Notes under the pieces: model-generated
Databases searched by the model: none
What the model was told of the DNA's origin: nothing
What the model saw: the letters and a program-made list of their open reading frames with translations, nothing else
Shown: piece by piece, positions 24,159 to 36,818 of the stretch
Numbering within the stretch: the stretch's first letter is position 1
How the letters are laid out: every line of letters begins with the position of its first letter
Position numbers and translations under genes: made by a program
Sequence record: LR535917.1
DNA length: 64,000 nt
Direction: 5' to 3' (one strand)

Positions 24159-27100
24159 ATACGTTCCTCGATGAAGTGACACTCAGGATTTACACCCCGA
24201 GGATCGTAAGGATACGTTTCGAAAAACGGGCGATGATCTAGCATCACCACCCGATCGTTAGGATTGTCGGAGTCGATGTCATAGTCCGTCCCGCGGGTAA
24301 GCGGTATGGACGAGCCGGCGAGCCTTACCACCAATCCTACCCCGCAAAACACCGGGGTCGTCACCGAGTCGTCCAACGGTGTTAAAGCATACTCCAGCCC
24401 CCCGAGCATCTGGCCTTCAAAGACCACCGCACCACGCAGTTTAGGGTTAATAAGATGCGGGTTGTTGAGAGCCTTAATTAGCTCATCCAACATCTCAATC
24501 AAACCACTGTAAAACGTAGCAGGGGTGGCTGGGTAAAGGGAAGGTCGATTACCTAAAAGCAGCCAATCTGCAGCCGTTACATCATGCACTGCAGAGGCAA
24601 CATACTTTTTATTCAGCATGTCTGACCAAGCTACCGCTTCTTTCAGCTCAGTAAGCTTTTCACGAATCTGCTCGTTGGCCGCCCCGGCATCTAACTCCGA
24701 CGCAATGTGTCCGGGGTAGTTAAATGTGGCGATTTCAGTTCCTAAGCCCAAAACCGCAGTTTTTAGGTTGACAGGATGCGCACCGGCCTGCGCCGCGGTA
24801 GTCCCATGAGGGTTAGTCGCACGGACCTCGCTGGTTAACTGACGCAACGTCTTTCCATACGCCAGGAAAGTATCTGGCGATTCCTTCGATACCCATTTAG
24901 AAATGTACTTGTCGATATCCGATTGTTGCAGACCCAGTCCAGCAGGAGAACGGAACAGGGCACGAGTACCGGATATCGTCGCATTAAACACCCCTTTGAC
25001 AACAGAGCCATTAGATTTAAGAGTGAATGCCTCAGCAGAGAACACAATTTCGGATTCACCTGCTTTCCACTCCATAAACCGGGTGGTTCCAGTAGTGTCG
25101 GCATACCCACACGCCAACAGCGTCAGCTTATCCATCCCCAAGGCACTGCCAGTCGACTCAATACGTAATGTATTGATGGTACCAGGGTCTTGTTGATAGC
25201 CCATGAGAGCAGTTGTGGTCAGTAACGTCGTACCATTAATGCCGTTCACCCCGCTAATGTACAGTTTGTTGTCATCCGGGTCAACGGTACCACCGCCGGG
25301 TTTGGCTGTGACCTTCCCGGTGACGGGATCGGCTTTTGACCCTTTACCCGTGAAAGTATTGACTACATCGCTCGGCTTATCAGTCAGCGTCACAACGCCG
25401 GGTTCAGAGGTCGTCGCGACGTACGAAGACAGATCACCCTCGTACGGTAAGAGCGAAGCTGGGGTGACTGCTTGTCCCTTCGTTAGCGTTCGGCTACCAG
25501 TGTCCATCGGCTGGTTATTCAGCAGCGTTGTCTTCCGGTCAGAAAGTGGTTTATCGACGTCAGCTGTGTTATCAGCCAAGTCCAGACCCAAATCCTTTTC
25601 GGCGAAGTTGTGATGGTGACCTTTATCACTAAGACCGGTAACTGCTTCTGCCAACGCAAGGTTGGTAGAATATCGAGCGATACCGGGAACTGTTTGAGAA
25701 GCCGTTGGGATCTGTAAACGTTTTGACAGATCGTTCAGAACGTTCGGGGTAACGCCGCGATTATCCGACAAGCCGTTTGCAAAATCGGTCACGGAATCCT
25801 CTTTCGCGTTTGCTAGCGCAGCTGCAACTACGTCTAAATCCGTTACGGCGAGGGTGGTACGTGTAGATCCCACAGTCCAAGTCTTACCACGCACAGCGAT
25901 CGAACCAGATACCGTCCCCTCTTTACGTGCACCATTTAACAGATAGAAATAATTCAAAGTTCTTTCCATACGGTTATCTGGAGAGAACCACTGGAACATC
26001 GGTGTGGTTTGCAGGTCTGCAACCTCAAACCCACTAAAATCAATACCGGCACCGGTATTAATTACCGCGTTCTGCCACAAATCACCCATTCCAGTTGTCG
26101 TTAAACCAATCTGCGCACCGTAGTCCGTTTCCGGGACAATCCGCAGCTTACCAGAGTCGCAACGAACCCACGTTTTCGCCAAGAGGTTAACGACCGACCC
26201 CGCACCGATTATTTCGCCGTCCAGATAAACAGAAACAGCACCACCGCCACGAACCCAAAAGCAGTGTTGCTTCCACCCCTCCTTGACAGTCGCCTCCAGA
26301 TACCCCGCTTCTGTAATATAAATTGTGAAACGAATTGCGGCTGCTTTAGCGCTATCGTTACATTCTGCACGGAATGCTTCCTGCAGGCGGGCAACTTTGG
26401 TGTTTTTATCCGAGGCCCCAACCGCAAAGTCACCGTCGGCATCGGTTATCATGTTCACATAGAGGTAATGCCTTAAACCGTTCGGCGTCTTAACAAACTA
26501 GCCGCGTTCCAAGTTAATACCTTCCGTGTCCACAATAGGTTCGGCGCGCGAATATAACTCAAACTCGTAAGTCGTGCCTGCAACCAATCCCGCGTCAGGG
26601 ACATCGATGTGGCCGATAGCTAGACGTGTTTCGAAGTGCCGTTTAAGTTCGGACGCCATGCCGAAGTCAAACGTCGTTTTCAACGGCAGCATTTTCGGGT
26701 TATCCGTCAACGACCAGTCGGTGTTACTCACCCCGTGTGAAACAGACGGGTTAGTTGGATACGCATACAGCCATTGTTTAGGTAATGGATCAACCTTAGT
26801 GGCACTTACGAATTTATAATCAAATAACCCACGATCTAAACGAACGAGGTTATCCCCACAGCAATACGGGGACGCGTTTTCAGTGGAAACAACCGCCGCA
26901 AGAAGAATCCTGAGCGAGATTACCACCGAACCCTCGAATGTCGCCATTCCATTTTCTTTCGGGTTGCTTGGTGTAAACATGAAGTTTAATGAAACTTCGA
27001 CGTCCGAGGTTTTTGGGACTTCAGGATAATCAGTGTCGGTGTGGGAGTTACTCCACCGCAGGACTCTGGTTTTACCTTTCCCATCAGCAGAAGGGGCCGT

Positions 27101-28298
27101 GGCAATTCTTCCGGTTGGTTTATCGTACGGCGCAGCAATAAAGCCGCAGTTTAAACTGTCCACGCTCTTGATTACACGAGGAGCATCAACCAGCGTATTA
27201 GTAACGCTGGATTGTGTGGCTGCGAACTCGCTAGCGATTGAAACCGGGAGATAGTCTAAACAGTCGGGCGACTGAACAATTCGCAGTATCTGCGTATCAA
27301 CAATATAGCGATAACGAATAAGCCAGCGCGAACCAATGTCGTATTCTATCTCACGAATAGTTGCCGAAGCCTGGCCGCCTATCTTACTAATCGACGATCC
27401 AGTAACACCAATCGATAAAGCGCCGCCTTTAAAATAATCAATCGCGTCAAACGGAAGGTCTGTTGTGGAAGGGTCCATCAAACCGTGGTTGATTGTGACG
27501 CCTTCACCAGTTTCGATGGAACGCTCAATATACGACTCAAATAGCGAGCGTAGATAATGGAAACGATTTAAATCTACTTTCGCGAACTCGACGGTTGATA
27601 TCGACATCTCCTCATGCCCAGAAGACTGGCTGTCCGGATCACTTGCAGCAGACATCGTGATGTATTCCGTAACCGGGTTATCGACGTTATCTCCAAAGTG
27701 CAGCCCTTTGTAAAACGGCGCGGGGAGTTTACCGTTCGGTGCAAGTTCCGGATAACCCTCACCACCGTTAGACGTATAGTCTGCAGGAGCCGACTCAAGT
27801 AGCGGAGCACCACGTTTCACCGACACAAAACGCTCATTTTGAGTTGGGCGATAAGCCCGCATAAAGCCGTACTTCCATGGAATTTTCTCACTACCCACGA
27901 TGATATATCCAGGGTAGTTAGAGAGCATTGTCCCATTTGCAAGAATCCCAGATATCTGAACAGCTGTTGTCGATGCACTGAAAGGTATAACATTACCCGG
28001 CACAGAACCTTCCGGAGGCACGAACACGATGTGAATTGGCTGCATCGGTTTCGTGCGGACGAACATCGGATTACCACTACTACCCACACCATTAATAGTG
28101 AACTTCGCTTGCAGCGGCTTCTCAATGAGAATCGTCTCGCCACCCGTGCGAAGTTCCACCGGTGTCGTTTCAGTAATCGTATCCAACGTTTGTAAAATCC
28201 AATCCCATGTCCTGGTGGGGATGTGGAATGGATTACGCGTAGGCAGTCCGTCCTAAGAGGCCCACTCACCCGAGTTGTTGCCTTCGTTTCTACGTTCA
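24099..28298 (-). CDS. Large tail fibre protein B (~1376 aa); joins ORF-track 24116 and 26498 ORFs
   Basis: MKTYPYDPRGVNPECH...HRPFF...LTRGTDY N-domain; repeats NPHGTTAAQAG, ATTSEPGVVTLT, DLGLDLADNTADVDKPLS, ASQTVPGIARY; stop at 26498 is a junction chimera. Confidence 0.78.
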
Positions 28299-28358
28299 AT
28301 AAAACGGAGACCGCCCTCCCAATAACGGAAGGGCGGTTTACCTACGGACTACCCGCCC
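28239..28358 (-). terminator. Tandem hairpins/terminator between tail genes B and C
   Basis: Re-joined minus strand: acggact...agtccgt hairpin, then accgcccttcc-gttatt-gggagggcggt-ctccgtttt. Confidence 0.6.
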
Positions 28359-31300
28359 GAGGGTACCGTTAAACTGCGCCGCATCTTCTCTCGGCATTGC
28401 AAACACTCCTAATCTGTAATAGAACGGTGCTTCGACGGGAATGACCGTCGAATAACGGTTCGGGTAAGTAGCGGTACTTATTAACTTACGTTTGGTTCCG
28501 GTTGTTTTATCGGTAACTGTTAACGTTAACCCGATGCGATCGTTCTCAGCCTCGGCTAATTCCTGGAAGTAATGTCCTAAGAAATAATCAAGACCTTCCG
28601 ACAACAACTCGTATTCTACCTCTGTGGCGTTCAGCAGCATTATGCTGCCGTATATTGCATCCGTCTTAACCAGATACTTGCCGATTTCAGAAGCAGGGAT
28701 GCGATACTGTCGACCAACCGAAATAATCGGCGGATATTTCATCAGCTCAGACCAATCGCAGTTGCGCGGGTCTTTCATCGCCTTTACGATTTCATCGCGA
28801 AGAATCGCTTCTTCGAGATCTTTTGGCGGGTCGATTGGGGCAAATGCCTCATCTAGTTCGTGGGCGCGCTCTAAAATACCCAGACGGATATCTTCCAATT
28901 GATACATTTCGTCATCAAACACCTGTTTACCGTTCTGATAAATCAAATCGGTAACTTCCACAGGGAGTGCGCCAATGTCACCGCAGGTGTAACCATGTGC
29001 ATTTTTAATCAGGTGGTGCGTCACTAACTCTGCCAGTGTACGTCCAAACGCTTTAGTCGCATCCACGGCCTTACCGAGCAGGGTATTATCCAGAAGCATG
29101 TCAACATGTTTCTGTTGGATACCGCTGGTAGACATTAGCGTTGTTTGGAATGTAATTGCGTCGTTATTCAGAACACGCATACGGCCCAGTAAATCACCCA
29201 GCGGTTTTGTCGAGGTGATAATGAACTTCTCACCTTTCATGCTGATAACGTGACCGGAACCAGCACTGAACTCCGTAGCGATACCCGGTTCGTTGTTATC
29301 CTGGTCAGCTTTTAATACTGCATCATAAGCGCCCCACTTGTCACCTGCTTTACCCGAGTGAACCCAAAGCGTGTTCAGCATCTTAACCATATCCGGTGTA
29401 ACGAGATACACGCTGTTATACACAGGTGCAAGCACACCCAACGTGTCGCTGGACTTGAAGTAGGCGTTTGCTGGAAGTATCTTCACCGAGGTCAAGTATG
29501 CAGGCAGCTCCGCATTCATGTAAACTTTGTTTGTTTCTTTACCAGAGCCGTAAATCTTCGCTGCAGCGGATGCCGAGAGGTTAGTAATCGCAAACAAACC
29601 CTGCACAGTTGTGGTTGCCACATATCCGTCGAGTTTGTTCTTCAAGTCAGTAACAGCTTTTTGGGAAATCGCTGTGGAATGCATCTGCCCGTTTGCGTCT
29701 AACACAAACCCTTTACCATTGACCGTATACGTGTCGTCTTCTAACGGTCCGGTATTGTCCATTTTCTCAATACCGAAATCTGCCGCGGTTAAGGTCAGGG
29801 TGTGCGTTGTAAGCGCTTTGCCTGATAGCACGGTACGCAATGCGTTAGTAACTGGCTTAGCCAAACCTGTAACAGACGTGGATGCGTACGGCACGTTATC
29901 GAGATCTGCAATGGTGTGGAAGCCCTGACGCGAAGTGACCATCTTATCCGAGGTAGTGTCGATTGCATCCCACAGTTTCCACGCCGGTAATAACGTACCA
30001 ATCTTGTCATTCAGTGTGTCAATCTTTTGTTCAAGCAAGTTCCCCTGGACTGGTATAGGCAAGAAGTTATTGTTGCCGTACGATGATCCGCCGACAGTAC
30101 CAGACTCGTAACGCGCCAAACCTTTCTGCCAGGTTTGGTTTTTGGTATACCCTTCGTAATAGATAGCCCAGTCACCTGGTGGATTCCCGTTAGAACCGTT
30201 ACGGAGCGAGTAAACCTTTACGGACGTCTGCTGCATATTTTCCAGCGTATTGCTTGGCGACACATCAGCATAGGCGTAAATCACAATAGCAACCAGATTC
30301 ACCCCAGGATACGCCGACATTCCAGCGGGTCGATAACGAAAGATGACCAGGTAGTACGCACCGTCACTGCCTAAGCAGATCATTGCATCTGTACCGGTGT
30401 AATCGCCCAACTGAACTTTAACAACACGATGATGTTTTGCATGGTCAATGGTGCCGTCTGTTGATGGATCAACAACCCATGGAGCGGTTGTAATCACACC
30501 GGCCGCGTTACCATTTCGACCGGAGGTAAGCACAGTACGGAGCAGATAAACCCGCTCGTTGCAAACGATCAAATCGTTGTTGCTACCACCCAGATTAAGT
30601 TCGTCGAGTGCGATGCTACGCATACTCACGAAATAGTCCAAGTAGATATTATCTCCCGACGTTAACATCCCACCTGTTAACACATCCGCCACAAACGTGT
30701 AGATTTGTGTTACTGGCGCTACCAACACATCTGTATCAGAACGTTTCTGACCCTGACGATTACATTCCGGACCATGGACGAAATTTCGCGCACTATTCCA
30801 CTTCGCCGATGCGTCTGCAAACCAAACCGTTGGAGTTAAACCAACACGAAAGTTCAGCCCATCCACACCAATCGCGTGATCAACAACAAAGCTTGACACC
30901 CATTGTTTAAAGTTAATAGTTTGCCCTGTAGTAGAAGCAAGATCGGCCACAATAGGGAATCGATCAGCACCTTCCAGCGTTATCGTCATTGAACTACATT
31001 CGCCCCATTTCCGGCTCGGAATCCCAATCTCAGCGCCACCGTTATAACGAACCGTGGTTCCTTGCGAAACGATATACTTGTCTTGCGATGTTGCAAAGGT
31101 TCGGTTATTAGCTTGACCCACACCGTCATCTAACGTTGTAATCGTGACATAAGGCATTAGGTCGCGATCGCCTGCATGTACCGCACTAAAACTTCTGGCA
31201 GTGAAGTTGTAGTCGCACGACAGGTACTCGTACCAACTCAGAGTCAGCGGATACGCCATGCCCAGCTCGTAGATAGAACCACGACCTTGGTTTAACATAA

Positions 31301-33578
31301 CTTCAATTGCCAAACGGGTACGCGGCTGTGACAACCAGATAAGTCTGGAATTCGCTCCACGATTGTTAGTTGGTCCATACCCCGCTTTACCTGAATAAGT
31401 GGTGTTCGGATCAAACTCCGGTGTAACAATGTGGCACATCTGCGACAGATTCTCGTACGTGGTAGAATCTACTACACGGTAAGGGAATGTTTCTGGTCCT
31501 GTGCAATACCAGCCGTTTAACTCTGTACCAGGCGACGCTTCGGCTTGTGACAGCGTCAACCGATCGGCATGAATCGTGAAAGTGCCAGAAACGTTGTGAT
31601 AACCATTCGCAGCGCCAGCCGGTGCACCGTCGATGATCATCTGCTTCATCTTATCCCAGAACCAAATGGAGAACAGTGCCTTTCCGGCGTTATTTGCGGC
31701 AAGGATAAATTCCGAAGCCACAGTACGCATACATGCTACTTGTGCTAACGTGAGCGGTGTGGCCGTACCAATGCCGATCCCGTTGCTGATCGTTGGTTTC
31801 AGTGTAAAGTAGTAGATATCCAACACGTTAACATTGTTGTAGTCGAGGTTGTTATAGAAGTCAAACAGTGCCAATATCGCTGCGGGGAATGTTACCTGTT
31901 GTCCCGGCCGGCGTGTTTTTCCTCCCGTTATCTCGCCCAACGTAGCATAGTTCAAGCCGGTTAACGTGTGTGGAAGATACAACCCGAACTGAGTACCATC
32001 TACTGACACCAGTGTAGGGTTAGACAGCGTAAGACCAACACCGTAGTTAAGCGCACCCAAGTCGCCAATTTGGCGCAAAGTGTGGGATGGTGCCATGCGT
32101 CCAATGCCGTGTGGAGCAGAAGAACGCGTCCAGGTACCGAGAGATGAGTTGTGTAGCATCACCTGATCACGATGAGCCAGATAAGCTGGGCTGACTGGAT
32201 TAGGAGCCGCGACAAAATCACTCGACGACATTGCGATACCACCACAATAGACGTAGTCCAGCCAACCTTCGGCTGTTTCCACACCAGCAATGACGACCGA
32301 TTCAGTCGGGCCACTAAACGTAGGCAGCTTATAAGTGCTCGAGCCGAAACGCAGGTCAACTTCCTCAGTCACATATACCAGGTAGAATGTCCGGTTCTGA
32401 TGGTTTGTTGGAAATGCTGCGCTGAGGTCAATATACCAGTCTGGATGTTGAATCACGTCCATTACGTACTTCGGTGTACCATTTTCTACCTTGGCGTGAG
32501 TCTCGACGACTCGCGACGAGCCCGTTTTAACATACCCGATATAGAGTTCCGTTTCAGTAACCGCCGCATGTTCCAACAGTTGTTTCACCGCCCCCAATCG
32601 CTTAGCATGTTCGACGTTCAATGGTGCCAGTCTGCCCGTTGCTGCATCCCTTCCCACTTCCACATCATGCTTATTCTCCTGACTATCCAGATAGCCTTTC
32701 GTAGCATCGATCGACAAAGGACCCATCGCTTCTTTACGGAAACGTTTGGACACCATCGCTTTACCGCGACGCTGTGCGTCAGATACGGTATAAAGCAATT
32801 TCCAAAACGCCCCCGATTTGTTTGCCTGAGTAAACGCCGGCAAAGTTTTCAAGCCTTCTCCCAACGATGCCGCTTCACCGTTCTCATCAGCCGTTACCGT
32901 CGCGATTGTTGTAGGATGCACCATCAAGTTCGTTGAGGTCGGTGAGAAAGCGGGCGTTGGAATACCTACCCACTCCATGACATTAAAGGTCGTTTCTACT
33001 CCCGGTGTACCTGGGACGACGAATTTACTTTGCACCACCGTACCTTCCGCCTCGACGTTGTAGAAAAAGCCATCCACCGCCTCCCATGGGGCAACGTGGT
33101 GGTGCACGGTATGTGGTGACGGCAATAACACTTCTGGATTTTCGTCAATGTTAACATCACTTACCGCCGCGACAAATGTAAAGGTGCACGGCACGCCTGC
33201 TGGCAGAGAGTGCTGTTTCCCAGCGTCAGTGAAAAGCCAAGAGCAAATATGCTGGTTAGCTGTTTCGAGCGCTGAAGATCCCGGCTGTGGTAAGATTTGA
33301 ATCTTACTATCCGAAAGATCGGTGGTGATTGGTAGTCCTGTCACATTCGTAAACGTGTAGCTACGACTGTTCAGAACAACTGGTGTGCCGTTGGTCTCCG
33401 CCACGATCGGTGGTGGGAATAAACCCTGAGCGCCCGTGGTAACAACCGGGATTGCACCACGTCCTCTCTCGTTCACCCAATCGTGCGCAATCGTTAACGT
33501 AAGATCATCGCCATCCCACCATAGCGCTATCTGTTAGGTACGGAACATAAGATTGACCTGGATAATATCAGGCTGTTG
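28359..33578 (-). CDS. Large tail fibre protein C (~1727 aa)
   Basis: RBS aggag, MPREDAAQFNG...VIPVEAPFY...LSEGLDYFL N-domain; repeats NAHGYTCGDIGALP, ADFGIEKMDNT, ASTSVTGLAK; ends ...NLMFRT*. Confidence 0.78.
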
Positions 33579-34838
33579 GCGGGTACTGATGAATGATTTC
33601 GGCCATTGCCAAACTCCTTTGATTGGGGCTTCCTTGCCCAGAACCTAACGTAATACGCCGTGTAACGGCGTTCGACGTTAATGTCCCGGTAAGGTCGAAG
33701 CGGAAGGTATCCGCGTAGAAAGCTCCGTCAGGAAAAGCAAAAGCCCGGTTAACTTTACTCAGTTCGTAGTCTGTGCCGCGTTTATACGGGTAGACACCTG
33801 GTTTATTCGCAGCTGCCACCACACCCATGACCACTTCGCGGTTCTTGGTCATTTTCTGATATGCAGTATGTGCAAAAAAACCACCAACGACTTGCGCAGA
33901 GACTTCGATATCAGTAGGAATGGCCGAGTTAGTTACCAGGTCTTCAATTTTCAGCGACGCGATCGCTTGTCGGATACCTTCGACGTTCGCGGACTGAAAC
34001 GTCGGGGCGGACGGGAACGTATCGGGTACGTTTCGAAGATCCTTGAAGTCCACCACACTAATCCCCGCGAGTACGGTAATGATATACTCAAAACCGTAGA
34101 TATCGCCAAGGTCTTTATCGTCCAGAATACCTTTAATTTCTTCCAGCTGTACTGCAGAGCCGGAGTTAATCGCATCTTGTACGTTACCTTCGGCGTTGAT
34201 GTGGGTATTTAAGGCGTCGAGGAAGTCGTTTCTCAGACGAATCAGGGCACGAATCTCCGTCTCCGTCAGGCCATTAACCTGATGAATGTCGAGATTGTCT
34301 GCTGCTCTTAAGTCGCCGATATCGTTGATAGTGGCGTCAATGGCAGTCTGTACACTTTGGTCGTTCCACGCGGCTAACGAAGCCACAATTGCATCGATGC
34401 GTTGCCCCAACGCCGTGTAATTAAGGTTAGCTAATGCTAACGACATTTTCTGGTAATTTTGAGCAACCACGTTAAGCTTTGTTTCATTCAGTGCAGACTG
34501 AAGATCGTTAACCATCTTCTGTAATTGCAACACCAGAGGGTTATCAATTTGCTGTTGGAAGTCTTTGCCCTGATTCTCAAGATCCGTGACGCGCTGATGC
34601 GAAATTGCGTTGGTGTTGTTTATAACCTGAGTTTTAAGACTGTTGATTTGTCCTTGCAGGAGGTAATTCGGGTGTGGGTTATCCGCAGCCGCATGGTTCG
34701 CCAGATTCTGGTTTGCCTGCGAGGTGAGGTTGTTGTTGACGTGAACAGCAGCCTGCACAACACCTCCATACTGTTTATAAACATAGTCCGGCTCGTAAAC
34801 AAGTTACTTAGTACCCGCTTCAGCTTGAACATCGTCGC
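33579..34838 (-). CDS. Tail/baseplate protein D (~400 aa) with C-terminal coiled coil
   Basis: RBS aaggag, MAEIIHQYPLDLTGTLTSNAV...RAFAFPDGAFYAD...KRGTDYEL (same N-domain as A-C); HAAADNPHPNYL motif; ends ...EAGTK*. Confidence 0.7.
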
Positions 34839-34894
34839 TCTTTAATAGATATCGCCATTACGCTTCCTTAAAAAGTAGAACGAGCGGACTATGT
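34781..34894 (-). terminator. Strong hairpin between tail gene D and the Cys-rich peptide genes (split by a junction)
   Basis: Re-joined: acgagccggactatgt-ttatgg-acatagtccgctcgt-tctacttttt, immediately followed by RBS aaggaag and the P1 ATG. Confidence 0.65.
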
Positions 34895-35318
34895 CCATGC
34901 CTCGATGCGGGGGCCTGTCGCCATGTTAGCTTCGACTATCTGGACGCGGTTTCTGACGTGTGCTTTCGTCCAACCCCCAAATCGGTCTGCTGCATTATGG
35001 GCTTTAGAGGCCACTTGCGAACAGCCATGCGAGCAACCGTTAGAGCACGTCCAAGAACATGTCCCGCCGCAATCTAGCCCGCCACACGTCGAAGAACAGC
35101 TACCGATACAAGAAGCAGAACAGCTTCCTGAACAGCTCCAGTTACCGGTACAGCTACTACTGCAACCACCAGAACAACCAGAGCAACCAGAACAGTTACA
35201 GCCGCCGGAGCAGGCCCCGGAGCAGTTTGCGGAACAAGAGCCGCCGCAACCACCTGAATTAATCGGTTATTCAGTTCTTTTAATCCAATTGCCATTTAAT
35301 CCCCCTTAGCGACCTGAA
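34839..35318 (-). CDS. Cys-Xaa3-repeat precursor peptide P1 (130 aa, 21 Cys)
   Basis: MAISIKDVRNRVQIVEANMATGPRIEAQVASKAHNAADRFGGWTKAQLDCGGTCSWTCSNGCSHGCSSCSGSCSASCIGSCSSTCGGNCSGCSGCSGGCSSSCTGNCSGGCGGSCSANCSGACSGGCSGR*; every junction was translated by hand. Confidence 0.9.
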
Positions 35319-35738
35319 TATTGCGAATGTAGTTTTGCACATTCGTGGTGTTCTTTAAAGCGTTTGCATCGATCGTGTCACCACAGTCATAGTGCGAACG
35401 GCCTTGACCTGCGAACAAGTCGGCGTTATTCGTAGCTTCACCCGTAGCAGACCCAGTACACCCGCCAGAACAACTCGAGCAACTAAAAGAGCATGTGCAA
35501 CCCGTACAGCTGCTGCTACAGCCCGATACACAGTTTGCGGAACAAGTCGACCCACAACAGCCGCCAGAGCAGTTACCAGTACACGTTCCGCTACAACCAC
35601 CAGAACATGAAGAGCTGCTAGGACCTGAACAACCACCAGAACACGCGCCGGAGCAGTTTGCGGAGCAGGATTTGCCACTCTACCGTAACGAGACGGTTTC
35701 GAATAGTCTTGAGACTGATCACATAAGCCTCCGTCAGT
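35259..35738 (-). CDS. Cys-Xaa3-repeat precursor peptide P2 (133 aa, 20 Cys)
   Basis: MAIGLKELNNRLNTIDANALKNTTNVQNYIRNKATNNADLFAGQGRSHYDCGGTCSFSCSSCSGGCTGSATGGCGSTCSANCVSGCSSSCTGCSSSCSGGCSGTCTGNCSGGCGKSCSANCSGACSGGCSGPN*; RBS ggggg. Confidence 0.9.
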
Positions 35739-35918
35739 GTCGACACGGTGCCCTGGTTAGCGATATAGTTGTTTGCCTGTGCGGTTGTAATGTAACCTCA
35801 GCTACACCCACCATTACAGTTATAGTGAGAAAGCGGTAAGCCAGCCAGGTTATTTGTGACTCCGAACGTTTTCTGTTATCGATTCCCCGCTCCACGGCTA
35901 CAGCTTCCGCTGCAGGAC
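35679..35918 (-). CDS. Short Cys-Xaa3 precursor peptide P3 (68 aa, 4 Cys)
   Basis: RBS ggagg, GTG start: MISLKTIRNRLVTVEGYITTAQANNYIANQGTVSTTNNLAGLPLSHYNCNGGCSWSCSGSCSRGAGNR*. Confidence 0.85.
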
Positions 35919-36818
35919 GATGCAGCGGGTGGTTGAATGTGGTTTTATACGCAAGATGCAAATCGTTTTTCATTTAATTCTGTGCAATCAGTCTGACTTT
36001 GTCAGCGAGGTGTGCACGCACTGAATCTGGGGAAGATACGGTGTAGTTCTTCTTGTCGGTCAAGAAGCGACCACGAACCTTTGGCCACTCACCAGGAACG
36101 CCGTTAAAGATAACGATGGCCTCTGCAACCATATCACGGATCTTAAACGTATTTTCTATCAAAATCCCTTCACTGAAGAAATACTTACCGTCGACTAACA
36201 CGCCACGAGAGTTACCATTCGGTTTTGCTTCCAGTTCGTCAAACGGTGTAAACATCAGTTCTAAATCGACGCTGTTGTCCAGTACAAAGTAGTAAGGGAA
36301 CGAGCCCAGATAGTCCGGACTCCACCAACGGCGCGCCATATACCCCTCGATATCGATGTATGGTTCGGTGTCGAAATACGTTTCCGTATCGGCAGGTACC
36401 CACACGAACTTATAGCTATACGCCATCATGTCCGCTAAACGGGTGATGCCGAGTTCTTGAATACGTTTGGTGATTTCGAAATCGTCAGTCAGTGCATACC
36501 AGACAGAACGCTTTTTATCTTCCGTCGCCGGATAATCCCCATATCGGGTTTGAACCAGATGTTGCATCCACGGTTTACCTTCTTCTTTCGTTAAATCCAC
36601 CTTCGTTAAGAGGAAACTTACCAGCTTACTCAAATCCGTCAGACGTTTCAAATCGGCCAACGTTACCGAACGACCACGAATCTCAGAAACAGCTTCTGCC
36701 AGTAGCATCGGGTCGTGATAGGCAGCTAAAATTTTGTTCAGGTCGGCGTGTCTTTCGTTATATTTTTAAATATAATCAATGGCGAATAAAGGATCTTCGT
36801 CTACGTTAGCGCCAGGCA
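35919..36818 (-). CDS. Unknown accessory protein of the peptide/radical SAM operon (~295 aa)
   Basis: MKNDLHLAYKTTFNHPLHLSSPDSVRAHL...DPLFAIDYI*; sits between P3 and rSAM1. Confidence 0.75.

Noticed and set aside
32172-32936. Long antisense ORFs inside tail genes (e.g. 32172..32936+, 23396..23956+, 44682..45194-, 60349..60828-)
   Set aside because: Fully overlapped by well-supported genes on the other strand, with no RBS or recognisable motifs.
34980-35680. Possible CRISPR-like or DGR-type repeat array
   Set aside because: Repeats are short codon-level Cys-Ser-Gly repeats inside ORFs; no constant repeat-spacer structure, cas genes or reverse transcriptase are visible.
34905-35839. Plus-strand Glu/Gln/Pro-rich repeat ORFs (EQPCEQP..., PEQLP...)
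   Set aside because: They are antisense shadows of the TGT/TGC-AGC/TCT repeats of P1/P2; no credible RBS, while the minus-strand reading has RBSs and operon context.
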